From assembly GCF_963921235.1 (NCBI RefSeq), contig NC_086097.1:99326001-99390000 (forward strand): DNA of 64,000 bases. Reading direction: 5' to 3'. A program made the translations under genes and the position numbers. How positions within the stretch are numbered: position 1 is the first letter of the stretch; each line of letters opens with the position of its first letter. This document shows, piece by piece, positions 1 through 12,924 of this stretch. The notes under the pieces are model-generated. The model searched no databases. It was not told the DNA's origin and saw only the letters and a program-made list of their open reading frames with translations. The stretch is from Mobula hypostoma. Lineage: Eukaryota.

Positions 1-208
1 CTGGATAAAAACTGCCCAAGTTTATACCACGCTACAAGCTTACAGTCAGCAGGAAAGTGTCTGTTCAAGACTACAACACTAACCCTTGGTGGAAGCATAG
101 CTTTTTTCAATCTCGTACACAATACTGCTTTAACTTGTAGTTAAATATTTTGTTATCTTATCATTTTGAACAGTTTTACAAGTTCATCCATAGAACAGTC
201 ATACATAC

Positions 209-385
209 CTGTTTAAGAAAGCATTTCCAAAAGAATTCAGTTTTCGGAAGGGTTTTTTGGGATCCACAACAAGTGCATTGCCAGGAATGATGCCTTCTTC
301 TTTTCCATACATCACAGCAATGAAGGAATCAGTTGTTGGTTCAGGTCCAATTCTCATCCCTGGAAAATCCTGTTCCAGGAGGTAT
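209..385 (-). CDS. EHD3: EHD-family ATPase, coding exon 2 (177 nt)
   Basis: Translates YLLEQDFPGMRIGPEPTTDSFIAVMYGKEEGIIPGNALVVDPKKPFRKLNSFGNAFLNR, the EHD G-domain. Acceptor AG at 387-386, donor GTATGT from 208. Phase matches exon 1 (AG|A = Arg). Family is certain; the paralogue call (EHD3 vs EHD1/4) is by recalled similarity only. Confidence 0.93.
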
Positions 386-804
386 CTATGGTATAACAAC
401 ACGTTAATCAGACCTTAGATATTACAACACTCTGCAGCACACTAGAAAAAATGTCATCTGATTAACTTTAGAATACAAACTCAAAGATATTTTAAAAAAT
501 AATTCTGTTGCACAATTCTTTTCCTGAAAATTCCTCATTCTGATGAGGATATAGACCTGTAATAGTTGAAGCAACAAGATTATATTAAAGTACAAGGTAT
601 AATAAATTATTTTAAAGATTACTAAAAAAAAGCTACAAAGAGTTAGTGATATAAATTACAATTTGATAGCAAGAGTAGATTACTTAGTTCTTTAAATTTG
701 CTGTCATTTAATAGGGTCATGGCGAATCTAATTATACCCTTAGTTACACACTACCATCTTGCCCCAATGATCATTTACTCCTTTATTTATATATTTTTAT
801 TCAG

Positions 805-1046
805 AAGTACTGTACAGCACAGTAACAGGCCCTTCCAGCTCATCAAGTCCGCACTGTCCAAATACACGCACACGACCAATTAACCTACTAATTCAAGTGT
901 GTTTGCACTGTGGAAGGAAACCGGAGCACTCAGAGAAAACCCATGTGGTCACGAGGAGAATGTACAAACTCCTTGCATACAGCGGAACGGAATTCAACCT
1001 GGTTTGCTGGCGCTGTAATAGCATTACACTAACCACTATGCTACCT
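805..1046 (-). mobile_element. tRNA-derived V-SINE (HE1-like)
   Basis: V-domain-like core (ggaaggaaaccggagcac...gaaaacccatgtggtcac...gtacaaactcc), degenerate tRNA head at the right end, CR1-like tail at the left end. Confidence 0.7.
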
Positions 1047-1278
1047 TGCCACCCCTTACTTATCAAGATTCAAAAGCTGAATCATGCTTTGAGGAAGATG
1101 TTCTCTAAAACTCTTTGGGAGAAAATGTTCATCATAGGCAACTCTTCATTTTAAACAATGATCATTAGTTCTGAATTATCTCACAAGAAGAAACATCCTC
1201 TCCACATCTCCCCTCAGGATCTTGCATATTTCAATCAAATTTCTTCTTAGCCTCAGCAGATACAGGCCTAAAAAGAAG

Positions 1279-2122
1279 GCAGGGAGAAGTTAAGATGGCA
1301 CTAAACGGCAACTCCTTTGCTTGCATCTCTGTAAACAACTTTATTTCTATCTTTGCTATCTCTTTTTTCCTTTTCAGGGTGTGGGGGGTTCTTTTGAAGA
1401 CCCTGATCTGGAGTTACACTCTGACTTCGGTTCATTATGGGAATGGGACCTGCTCTTAGGGCCTCAAGTCCAGCTGCTTTCTGATATCCCAAGGACGCAG
1501 CCTGGAAGATGAGCGCGCCTTCAGGGTTCCGGGATTTCATGGCTCTGGAGACATGCTGATTCTAGGCCGGTGCCCCTGACTGAAGTGTTATGGGAGAACA
1601 CGTAACATCAGGAGCAGTGGGTTAGCTGCTGGGGGTAGTCTGCCCAGAGAGCTGCGCCTTTTTGGTGCCAACTCTCTGGGTGCAGAGCTCGTAAAATGTG
1701 ACACAACGGACTCTTAACATAGTAAATCAGTGAGTTTTTTGTTATGTCTCTCCTCTTGCTGTGAAACAGGGATACCTCTTTTTCCCTTATTAGGGAGACA
1801 GAGAGAGCCTGTGATATGTCGAATTATCAGGTGAGTGATTAGTCTTTGGGGTACTGCACCTGTGTCTTTACTGATGCTTTGTTGCATGCTTGAGTGCTCG
1901 GTAGAGGGTGCTGATGCTTTTTTTGCCAGTGGGGTGGGGAGGGTTCGTTGCCTTGCTGCTGCTTGTGCTCGGGAGGGGGGAGCGGGGGGCTTTGGGATTC
2001 TAACGTTTTAACTGTCATTCATTCTTTGGGACACTCCTCTGTTTTCGTGGATGTCTGCAAAGAAAAAGAATTTCAGGATGTACATTGTATACATTTCTTT
2101 GACATTAAATGCACCTATTGAA
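1279..2122 (+). mobile_element. Unclassified non-coding interspersed repeat (probable non-autonomous LINE derivative)
   Basis: Begins aagatggc and ends with a LINE-like 3' end (tttcaggatgtacattgtatacatt...attaaa). No recognisable ORF. Confidence 0.35.
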
Positions 2123-2311
2123 CCTGTCAAACCTTGCCTCAAGGCAACCAACTTATTCTAGATAATAGTCTAGGAAATCTTTTGCTTCTAATGCATTAAT
2201 ATCTTTCCTGAATTAGAGAAAACAAAATTGCAGGCAGTATTCCTGATGTGATCTCAATAATGCCCTTTATAATGAAGCATACTTTATACTTTATTGTCTC
2301 CAAACAATTGA

Positions 2312-2822
2312 TACTAGAACGTACAATCATCACAGCGATATTTGATTCTGCACTTCTCACTCCCTGGATTACAAATCGATAGTAAATATTAAAAATTTAA
2401 ATTATAAATCATAAATAGAAAATAGAAAAATGGAAAGTAAGGTAGTGCAAAAAAAAAAGAGATGCAGATCCAGATATTTGGAGGGTACGGCCCAGATCCG
2501 GGTCAGGATCCGTTCAGCAGTCTTATCACAGTTGGAAAGAAGCTGTTCCCAAATCTGGCCTTACGAGTCTTCAAGCTCCTGAGCCTTCTCTCAGAGGGAA
2601 GAGGAACGAAAAGTGTGTTGGCTGGGTGGGTCGTGTCCTTGATTATCCTGGCAGCACTGCTCCGACAGCATGCGGTGTAAAGTAAGTCCAAGGACAGAAG
2701 ATTGGTTTGTGTGATGTGCTGTGCCGTGTTCACGATCTTTTGCAACTTCTTCCAGTCTTGGACAGGACAACTTCCATACCAGGTTGTGAGGCACCCTAGA
2801 AGAATGCTTTCTACAGTGCATA
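2312..2822 (-). mobile_element. Rex1/Babar-type LINE 3' fragment
   Basis: ORF 2503-2844 has CTVESIL..C.T.WYG, IIKD.THP...LF..LPS.RR.RS and NSFFP.VIRLLN, typical of the Rex1/Babar C-terminus. Confidence 0.8.
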
Positions 2823-2961
2823 ACCTCTCTAATTCTGTATTCAACTTCTACACAAGATACTGTATTCTATCATCCCCAATTATTTGCTGGAGCTCATCAT
2901 TCCCTCACCATTTAGACCAGATGCTGCTATTTTATTTTTTGAATTTCCAGAATGAAAAATG

Positions 2962-3183
2962 TCAGATTCTCGTCACTATCAGTAAGGAGTTTCTACGTTC
3001 TCCCTCTGACCACGTGGGTTTCCTTCAGTTGTTTCAGCTTCCTCTCACAGTCCAAAGATGTATCAGTTGGTAGGTTAATTGGTCATTGTAAACTGTCCCG
3101 TAATTAGGCCAGGATTAAATCAGGAGATTGCAGGGCAGCGTAGCTTGAAGGATTGTTCCATACTGTATCTCTAAATAAATAAA
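2962..3183 (+). mobile_element. V-SINE (HE1-like), degraded
   Basis: V-domain-like core gaccacgtgggtttcc...cacagtccaaaga...ggtaggttaattgg and a taaataaataaa tail. Confidence 0.6.
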
Positions 3184-4454
3184 GCAGTAAATTTTCCCAT
3201 TTGCTGGTTCTTGGCCCCTTTATTTAACCTATCACTATCCCATTGTAGTCTCCTCACATCCTCTACACAAGTTACTTTCCTATTTACCATTGCGTCATCA
3301 GTAAATTTAGCAACCCCACCCTTAGTGCCTTCATCCAAGAAATTCCCACTCAGACCATACAGTTCTTTATACATGAATCAAGTCACTATCTTCAGCTCAG
3401 ATCCACTGCTGCTCTGCAGCTTGACTAATAGCTTGAATTGGTCTCGAGGGCTAGGGTGAATCATGGAAAAAACAAAGCCGAGGACATTGGTAACTGCTCA
3501 GATCTACAAGTGGTCAAATCCTATTACCTAGAAGTGCAAAGAATATGGTTTCCTGGTTACAGCCAAGATAAAGCAGAAACTAGGAACATAGAAATGGCTC
3601 TATATTGAACATGAGAAAGATCTTGCTCATCAGGTGTGAAATGATCCCGATGTTAGGGTCCTCTTGCCATTGCACACAGAAGGGCTGTATTCTCTGTACA
3701 ACTGATGTGTGGGAAAGAAAAATTGATGCCATGCTGCTATAATGTAAATCTAATAAGCAAATTTAAGGATATGCTAGGTACAGTAAACACAGATGCACAT
3801 ACTGCATACATGCAGATAGTATTAAGAGCAATCAAAACTATGGGTGGATCTTCATATAGAAATTCACAGGTACAAGAAGAAAAAAAAAGGCTAATAAAAA
3901 ATTAGTAAATATGCCCAGACCAACCCTCAAAGTGGGAGTAGGAACTGCATGTTAGAGCAACGTACAATTGAAAATAAATTTATTATCAAAGGTCACTTAT
4001 ATTACTATATACTACCTTGTGATTCATTTTCTTGCAGGTATTTACAGGGAAAAACACCGTCTGCGTTAGATGATCAGTCGATCGGGACTTTGAGACTTTT
4101 TTTTACCGTGCCCATGGTCTGCTCTTTATCAAATTATGGTATTGCTTTGCATTGTTGTAACTATATGTTATAATTATGTGTGGTTTTGTCAGTTTTAGTC
4201 CTGGTTTGTCCTGTGTTTTTTTGTGATATCATTCTGGAGGAACATTGTATCATTTTTTAATGTATGCATTTCTAAATGACAATAAACAAGGACTGAGTGT
4301 CCTCATAATCTAATCTAAAATAAATAAAATAAAATTTTACAAGAAAACTACACATAGAAAGACAAAGGCTAACACCATTGTGCAAAAGACAAACTGTGCA
4401 AATAAAAATAATACTAAGAACATGAGCTCTAAAGAGTGCTTGAAAGTAAGCCTC

Positions 4455-5535
4455 TTTCACCATTATAAAGTAAGAAATGCAATCATTCTATGGGCTGAAG
4501 GAGAAAAATTACTGGAAATTTTAGGTAATCCAAAGATAGCAGTAATAGGATGAGGAGAGATATCTATATTCATTACCTTTGAGATAATATTAAAAATGTC
4601 TCTCCAGAAAGTTTCCAGAGTAGGACAAGACCAAAACATATGAGTTAAAGAGGCTATCTGCCCCGGACATCTATCACAAAAAGGATTAATATGAGAATAA
4701 AAACAAGCTAATTTATCTTTGGACATATGTGTTCTATGAACAACTTTAAATTGAATTAGGGAATGTTTAGCACAGATAGAGGAAGTATTGACTAATTGTA
4801 AAATCGGCCCCCAGTCATCCACGGAAATGATAGAACCCAATTCCTGTTCCAATCTGACCTGATCTTATCAAATGGAGCTTTCCTAAGTTTCATAATAATA
4901 TTATAAATAATAGCCGTTGCACCTTTCTGACATGGATTAAGGTTAATTATAGTATCTAAAATATATGTAGGAGGGAGCATTGGAAAGGAAGAAACATTGG
5001 AAAGAGCCTAATGCTCCAACTACCTTTTTTTGGTTTTCCCAGACGATATTATGCTTAAATTTGGAGAAAATTAGAAGTAATCTTTATGATTCCCCACTTA
5101 AATTTGAACAGACCTGGAGATCTTTTATTCAATATTTTCATTTAATGTAATCTTTTTTTTCCTCTTTTGCTCCATATTTATATTCCCTTCTTGTGTTTTT
5201 TTTAAACTGTTTTTAATGGAGGTCGGGTTTGAGGACGTGATTTTAAGTTCTTTAACTCTACCTGTTTCCAAGTTAGCCCATTGCTTTGCTTTGCTTTTAG
5301 TTTAGTTGCACGGTGGGTTTTTTTGGGGGGTTTTTTTTTTCCTTTTCTCTATTGATATATATATAAATTAGTATACCATTATTTTTCCTTATTATTTTAT
5401 GTTTAAATTGCACTGTTTGTATCAATTTTTTTCTGTATTAATATCTCCTGTAATTTTATTATATTCTAACAGTGTACTAGTGCCTATATGGTTTACTTTT
5501 TGTATACTTATTCAATAAAAAGATTTAAAAAGAAA
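4455..5535 (+). mobile_element. 5'-truncated L1-clade LINE with 5' inversion
   Basis: 4455-4994 is inverted and encodes the L1 ORF2 CCHC region (CDRC...HMFWSC). 4995-5535 is sense: HWKEPNAP...FIQYFHLM*, 3' UTR, AATAAA, A-rich tail. 13-bp TSD gaaagtaagcctc at 4442-4454 and 5536-5548. Confidence 0.85.
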
Positions 5536-5549
5536 GAAAGTAAGCCTCA

Positions 5550-8205
5550 TAGAATCAGAACAGTGGTGAATTAAGTTAACCATGTTGGCCCAGGAACCTG
5601 ATGGTTGTAGGGTAATAACTGTTCCTGAACCTACCAGTAAGGCACTCTGTCTGTGGTGGAGTGGGCTGTATCCACCACTTTATATAGCCCTTTTTGTTCC
5701 AGGGCATTGGTGTTTCCATACCACTCCATGATGCAACCAGGTAGGATACTCTCCACTACGCATCTATAGAAGTCTGTCCAAGTTCCTAGTGATATGCTGA
5801 ATCTACGCAGCTTTTATGTCTTCTTTGTGATGGTACTTGTGTTGGTCCCAGAAGAAATTTAAAATTACTGACACTCCCCACCTCCAGTCCCCTAATAAAG
5901 ACTGGCTCATGGATCTCAGGCTTCTTCCTTCTGTAGTCAATAATCAGCTCTTTGGCTTTGCTGATATTGCTTGTAAGGTTGTTATTGCAGCACCAGATTT
6001 TCAATCAGCCTCCTATATGCCAATTCATCACTACCTTTGGTTCAGCCAAGAACAATGGTGCCATCAGCAAACATAAATACAGCATTGAATCTGTACTCAG
6101 CCACACTATCATAATGTTGCCAACCTGTACCATGTGTGGTTTACAGGTGAGAAAATCAAGGACCCATTTGCACAGGGTGGTACTGAGACCCAGGTCTTAG
6201 AGCTTGATGATAAGTTTCAAGGGGATGAGGGTTCTGAATGCTGAGCTATAGTAAATGAAGAGCATTATAAATTATGCATCTTCATTTACTCTGGTGTTCC
6301 AGAGTTGAGTAAAGAGCCAACGAAATGGCATTTGCTGTTGACCTGTTATGATGGTAGGGAAATTAGACCGGACCCACTTCATTCTTCCGGCACGGGTTAA
6401 TATGCTTCATGGTCAACTTCCCAAAGCATGTCATCATGGTAGATGTAAGTGCTATTGGACAAGGTTACCCTTTCTTCTTAGGTGCCAGTATGATTGAAGC
6501 AGGTACCCAAGACTGCCAAAGCAAGGGATTGAAGATATCCATAAATACTCATGCCAGTTGAGTAGCACAGCTCTGTAGTGCTCGGCCCTATAAACTGTCT
6601 AAGCCAGATGTCTTCTGTGGTTTGACTCTAATGAAGGATATTCTCACAATAGCCTCAAAGACTGAGATCACAGGGTCATTGTGGGCTGTGGGAGTTCGTG
6701 AAGCTGCTTTCATGTTCTGTCACAATCAAGAGCAAGTCTGCAGATGCTGGATATCCAAGCAACACACACAAAATGCTGGAGCAACCCAGACCAGGCAGCA
6801 TCTATAGAAAAAAGTAGGGTCAACATTTCGGGCCAAGATCCTTCAGCAGGACTGGAGAAAAAAAGATGAGGAGTAGATTTAGAAGGTGGGGGAAAGGGAG
6901 AGAGAAACACAAGGTGATAGGTGAAACTAGGAGGGGCTATCTCCCTCCAGGCACCTAATCTTGCAAGCAGAGCAAATGCTACATCTGCCCCTACACCTCC
7001 TCCCTCCCTACCATTCAGGGCCCCAAACAGTCCTTCCAGGTGAGGCAACACTTCACCTGTGAGTCTGTTGAGGTCATATACTGTGTCCAGTGCTCCCAGT
7101 GTGGCCTCCCGTACATCAGTGAAACCTGATGTAGATTGGGAGACCATTTTGCCGAGCGCCTATGCTCTATCCGCCAGAAGAAGCAGGATCTCCCAGTGGC
7201 CACTCATTTTAATTCTACTTCCCATTCCCATTCTGACATGTCAATCTATGGCCTCCTCTACTGTAGTGATGAGGTTACTCTCAAGTTGGAGGAGCAACAC
7301 CTTAAATTCTGTCTTGGTCGCCTCCAACCTGATGGTATGAACATCGATTTCTCTAACTTCTGGTAATGGCCCCCCACCCCTTCACCATTCCCCATCCCTT
7401 CTTTTTCTCTTTCACCTTATCTCCTTGCCTGCCCATCACCTCCCTCTGGTGCTCATCCCCCCTTTTCTTTCTTCCATGGCCTTCTGTTCTCTCCTATCAG
7501 ACTCCACCTTCTCTTTCACCAATCAACTTTCCAGCTCTTTACTTCATCTCTTCCCCTCCCGGTTTCATCTATCACCTTGTGTTTCTCTCTTCCCTCCCCC
7601 ACCTTTTAAATCTACTCCTCGTCTTTTTCTCTCCAGTCCCGCCAAAGGTTCTCAGCCCAAAATGTGAACACTACTTTTTCCATAGATGCTGCCTGGCCTG
7701 CTGAGTTCCTCCAGCATTTGGTGTATGCTTCATAAAAGGCATTGTGCTTATCTGAGAGCAAAACGTTGTTGCCATTTATGGTGCTTGGTTTTGCTTGGTA
7801 GGAGGTGATGGCATTCAAGCACTTCCACAGTTATCAAACATCTCTCTATGATTCAAGTTTAGTCTGTAATTGCCACTTTGCATGTGAGATGGCCTTCTGA
7901 AGGTCATTCTCGGACCTCTTGTACTTTCTCTGATTGCCAGTCCTACATACCTCCAATCTAGGCCTCAGCAGGTTGTGAATTTCTTAGTTCATACAGGACT
8001 TCTGGTTGCGGAAGACTGATTTTGTGGGGACAGACCATTCCACACATTTTTATATAGTCTGTAACGACCGTGTATTCATTCAGGTCCCTTGATGAGTCCT
8101 CGAACATGACCCATGCCACCAATTTGAAGCTGCTTGCCTGCTTCCCGTAATCCCCTCTTGGTTGTCCTTATCTCTAGTGTCTTGCTCTTTAGTCTCTGTT
8201 TATAC
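5550..8205 (-). mobile_element. Degraded Rex1/Babar-type LINE interrupted by a Penelope insertion
   Basis: Remnant peptides such as WC.NNNL..NISKAKELIIDYRR and NFKFL; many frame disruptions. Boundaries approximate. Confidence 0.6.
6724..7730. mobile_element. Penelope-like fragment: inverted pseudo-LTR (about 6724-6935, -) joined to a GIY-YIG 3' end plus pseudo-LTR (about 6937-7730, +)
   Basis: Peptide GDHFAERLCSIRQKKQDLPVATHFNS...LQPDGMNIDFSNF is homologous to the 40124-43260 copy. Degenerate hammerhead motifs occur in both arms. Confidence 0.8.
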
Positions 8206-8212
8206 AGTATGT

Positions 8213-10645
8213 AGGGCAGTGAGTAGGTCAGATATACAGAATTGTAGTTGTGAGATGGAATGGTAGGTATTTGGACAGGGCAGAGTTTGTTAAGTCTGTC
8301 CAGGACAGATGCCTGTCACAGTATGTTGACAGGCCGACTCGGGGGAATGCCATACTAGATATAATACTAGGTAATGAACCGGATCGCGTCACAGATCTCT
8401 CAGTGGGCGAGCATCTGGGGGACAGTGACCACCACTCCCTGACCTTCAGTATTATCATGGAAAAGGATAGAATCAGAGAGGACAGGAAAATTTTTAATTG
8501 GGGAAGGGCAAATTACGAGGCAATAAGGCTAGAACTTGCGGGTGTGAATTGGGATGATGTTTTTGCAGGGAAGTGTACTATGGACATGTGGTCGATGTTT
8601 AGAGATCTCTTGCAGGATGTTAGGGATAAATTTGTCCTGGTGAAGAAGATACAGAATGGTAGGGTGAAGGAACCATGGGTGACAAGTGAGGTGGAAAATC
8701 TAGTCAGGTGGAAGAAGGCAGCATACATGAGGTTTAGGAAGCAAGGATCAGATGGGTCTATTGAGGAATATAGGGAAGCAAGAAAGGAGCTTAAAAAGGG
8801 GCTGAGAAGAGCAAGAAGGGGGCATGAGAAGGCCTTGGCGAGTGGGGTAAAGGAAAACTCCAAGGCATTCTTCAATTATGTGAAGAACAAAAGGATGACA
8901 GGAGTGAAGGTAGGACCGATTAGAGATAAAGATGGGAAGATGTGCCTGGAGGCTGTGGAAGTGAGCAAGGACCTCAATGAATACTTCTCTTCGGTATTCA
9001 CCAATGGGAGGGAACTTGATGACGGTGAGGACAATATGAGTGAGGTTGATGTTCTGGATCATGTTGATATTAAGGGAGAAGAGGTGTTGGAGTTGTTAAA
9101 ATACATTAGGACGGATAAGTCTCCAGGGCCTGATGGAATTTTCCCCAGGCTGCTCCACGAGGCGAGGGAAGAGATTGCTGAGCCTCTGGCTAGGATCTTT
9201 ATGTCCTCATTGTCCACGGGAATGGTACCGGAGGATTGGAGGGAGGCGAATGTTGCCCCCTTGTTCAAAAAAGGTAGTAGGAATAGACCGGATAATTATA
9301 GACCAGTGAGCCTTAACGTCTGTGGTGGGAAATCTGTTGGAAAAGATTCTTATAGGATCTATGGGCATTTAGAGAATCATGGTCTGATCAGGGACAGTCA
9401 GCATGGCTTTGTGAAGGGCAGATCGTGTCTAACAAGCCTGATAGAGTTTTTTGAGGAGGTGACCAGGCATATAGATGAGGGTAGTGCAGTGGATGTGATC
9501 TATATGGATTTTAGTAAGGCATTTGACAAAGTTCTACATGGTAGGCTTATTCAGAAAGTCAGAAGGCATGGGATCCAAGGAAGTTTGGCCAGGTGGATTC
9601 AGAACTGGCTTGCCTGCAGAAGGCAGAGGGTGCTAGTGGAGGGAGTACATTCAGATTGGAGGATTGTGACTAGTGGTGTCCCACAAGGATCTGTTCTGGG
9701 ACCTCTACTTTTCGTGATTTTTATTAACGACCTGGATGCGGGGATAGAAGGGTGAGTTGGCAAGTTTGCAGACAACACAAAGATTGGTGGTGTTGTAGAT
9801 AGTGTAGAGGATTGTCAAAGATTGCAGAGAGACATTGATAGGTTGCAGAAGTGGGCTGAGAAGTGGCAGATGGAGTTCAACCCGGAAAAGTGTGAGTGGT
9901 ACACTTTGGAAGGACAAGCTCCAAGGCAGAGTACAAAGTAAACGGCAAGATACTTGGTAGTGTGGAGGAGCAGAGGGATCTCGGGGTACATGTCCACAGA
10001 TCCCTGAAAGTTGCCTCACAGGTGGATAGGGTAGTTAAGAAAGCTTATGGGGTGTTAGCTTTCATAAGTCGAGGGATAGAGTTTAAGAGTCGCGAGATAA
10101 TGATGCAGCTCTATAAGACTCTGGTTAGGTCACACTTGGAGTACTGTGTCCAGATCTGGTTGCCTCACTATAGGAAGGACGTGGAAGCATTGGAAAGGGT
10201 ACAGAAGAGACTTACCAGGATGCTGCCTGTTTTAGAGCGTATGGATTATGATCAGAGATTAAGAGAGCTCGGGCTTTACTCTTTGGAGAGAAGGAGGATG
10301 AGAGGAGACATGATAGAGGTATGCAAGATATTAAGCGGAATAGCTAAGTGGATAGCCAGCACCTCTTTCCCAGGGCACCACTGCTCAATACAAGGGGACA
10401 TGGCTTTCAGGGAAGGGGTGGGAAGTTCAAGGGGGATATTAGAGGAAGGTTTTTTACTCAGAGAGTGGTTAGTTCGTAGAATACAGTGCCTGAGTCAGTG
10501 GTGGAGGCAGATACACTAGTGAAATTTAGACAGGTATATGGAGGAATTTAAGTTGGGGGGGGTTATATGGGAGGCAGGGTTTGAGGGTCGACACAACAAT
10601 GTGGGCCAAAGGGCCTGTACTGTGCTGTACTATTCTATGTTCTAT
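8213..10645 (+). mobile_element. CR1 LINE, 5'-truncated ORF2 (EN C-terminus plus RT), disrupted
   Basis: ORFs 8250-9755 and 9896-10519 contain [30 protein letters not shown] and [12 protein letters not shown]1 tail ttctatgttctat. Confidence 0.92.
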
Positions 10646-11480
10646 ATATTCTTAATGGTAGCATAGATGTGGTTAAGAGGATTGGGCCTTCAGGTGATAT
10701 GTTGGTGATACTTGGCAGAGATTTCTTCATGCTAGTCTGATTGAAGTCCCCAGCAAGGATGTGAAAGGTCAGGCTGTTCCTTGTTTGCAAATATATATAT
10801 CTAGCAGTGAGCTGCCCACTGAACATTGTCATCTATCGCCAGTGCCATTTTTTCCCTTAAACACCACATAGATTAGAGCACTCAATTCTAGCTACTCGAG
10901 AAGGGCAATAACAAATACAAAAAACACAAGAATGATACTGAGATTGTGGTTAAATTATGAAGACACACTGCATTGATTTGGTTCTGATAAAAGGTATTTG
11001 CCTGAAATATCAATGGTTCATTTCCCTCCATAGATGCTGCCAGACTGCTGAGTTCCTCCAGCATTTTGTCTGTGGTTCTTCATATTTTTAATATCTGCAG
11101 TCCCTCATGCTGTATTTTGTCATTATTGCATCACTATGGTTGGCCCAGGGTAGATCCTCTGAGATGTTGATGCCCAGGAGATCGAAACTGCTCACCCTTT
11201 CCATCGTTGATCCCCCCAATGATTAGTGTCTGTTCTCCCCAACTTCCCATTCTGAAATTCCACAATTAGTCCCCTGGTCTTGCTGACGTTGAGTGCAAGG
11301 TTGTTGAGACACCACACAATCATCCTATCTGTTTTGCTCCTGGGCGCCATCTAAGATTCTGTTAACATCAGTGATCTCATTGCCTAATGTATACATGGTA
11401 TTTGAGCTGTGCCTAGTCACAGTCATGAGTATAACTAGAGTAGAGCATGCCAGGTATTTCTACAATTTTTTTTTGTTTCA

Positions 11481-12193
11481 TTCTTTCCCTTTCAAAAACA
11501 AGAGGAAATCTGAAGATGTTGGAAATCCAAGCAACACACAAAATGCTGGAGGAACTCAGCTGGCCAAGCAGCATCTATGAGGGAAAAAAAAAGTATAGTT
11601 GCTGATTTGGGCTGAGACCCTTCGGCGGGACTTATACTATTCAGCTGCTCATGGTCTCCAGCCCACTGTATTCAGTCCCTTTGTTCTCTTCACATTGCCA
11701 CTTCATCTAAAATTAAAATATGCATTTTTTTTAATTTCCCCATTTATGATATAACATTATTGATCTACAACCTTAACTGTTTCTTTACCCACAGATGCTG
11801 TCCGACACAAATATAAAATATCCAAGTCTCAATAAAAAATTTAAATACAGATTTATCATCAGACACCAAACAATGGTGCAACTGTAACGAAAACCAATTT
11901 CCCCCGGGATCAATAAAGTATGACTATGACTAGGTCTAAAAATCAAAAATAAAACTGCAGATGCCTGGAAATCTAAAGTAAAAACAAAAACAAAAATACC
12001 ACCAACAAACAGCAGGTCAGGCTGTATCTGTGGAAAGGGAGTCCTGCCGAAGGGTCTCAGCCCAAATCAGCAACTATACTTTTTTTTTCCCTCATAGATG
12101 CCGCTTGGCCAGCTGAGTTCCTCCAGCATTTTGTGTGTGTTGCTTGGATTTCCAACATCTTCAGATTTCCTCTTGTTTTTGAAAGGGAAAGAA
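11481..12193. repeat. Inverted pair of short Penelope pseudo-LTR ends (arms about 11481-11632 and 12040-12193)
   Basis: The arms are near-identical reverse complements, including flanking ttctttccctttc. Confidence 0.8.
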
Positions 12194-12334
12194 TTAATTT
12201 TTTTTAAAGTCTGGGACCAATCATCAGAACTGAAAACCCTTCATTACACTCGCTTCTTAACTTTGAGGGCAGTCCATTAAATAGATTCCTAAATTTAATC
12301 TAAAGTAATCTGAAAACTTATCAAAATATTACAA

Positions 12335-12762
12335 ACAGAGCAACGCACACAAAATGCTAGAGGAACTCAGCATGTCAGGAAGCAACTCTGGAGGGGAATA
12401 AAGTGTCTATGTTTTAAGCCAAGATCCTTCATTGGGACTGAAAAGGAAGGGAGAAGAAGCCTAAATAAGGTGGTGGTGGAGGGGAAGAATTGCAAACTGG
12501 CAGGTGATAGGTGAAATCGGAATGTGGGGGTGGGGGTGGGGGTGGAAGGGGGGTGAAGTGAGAAGCTTTGAGGCAAAAGGTGGAAAAAATAAAGGGCTGA
12601 AGAAGTTATTTGATAAGAGAGTAGAGTGGACCATGGGTGAAAGGGAAAAGGAGGAAACAACAGAGGGATGTGCAGGTGAGGAGAAGGGGTAAGAGGGGAG
12701 CCTGAATGGGGAAAGAGAAAGGAGAGAGGATGGAGGGGAGAGAAACTACAGGAAGTTAGAGA
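12335..12762 (-). mobile_element. Penelope pseudo-LTR / 3' end, degraded
   Basis: caacgcacacaaaatgctagaggaactcagc, a purine-rich tract and ggaagttagagaa, as in the other Penelope copies. Confidence 0.65.
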
Positions 12763-12924
12763 ACCAAACCCTATTCTTGTATAAATGAAATAAATCAAAA
12801 TTGCAATTCAGTTTTTCCACTACATGCTCCCATTATTAATAAGCACTAATATAATGTTCTCCAGTTAAAGATGAACGAGGAGAAGTATATATATGTATTC
12901 ATTTCTACAATATGGCAACGTGGG

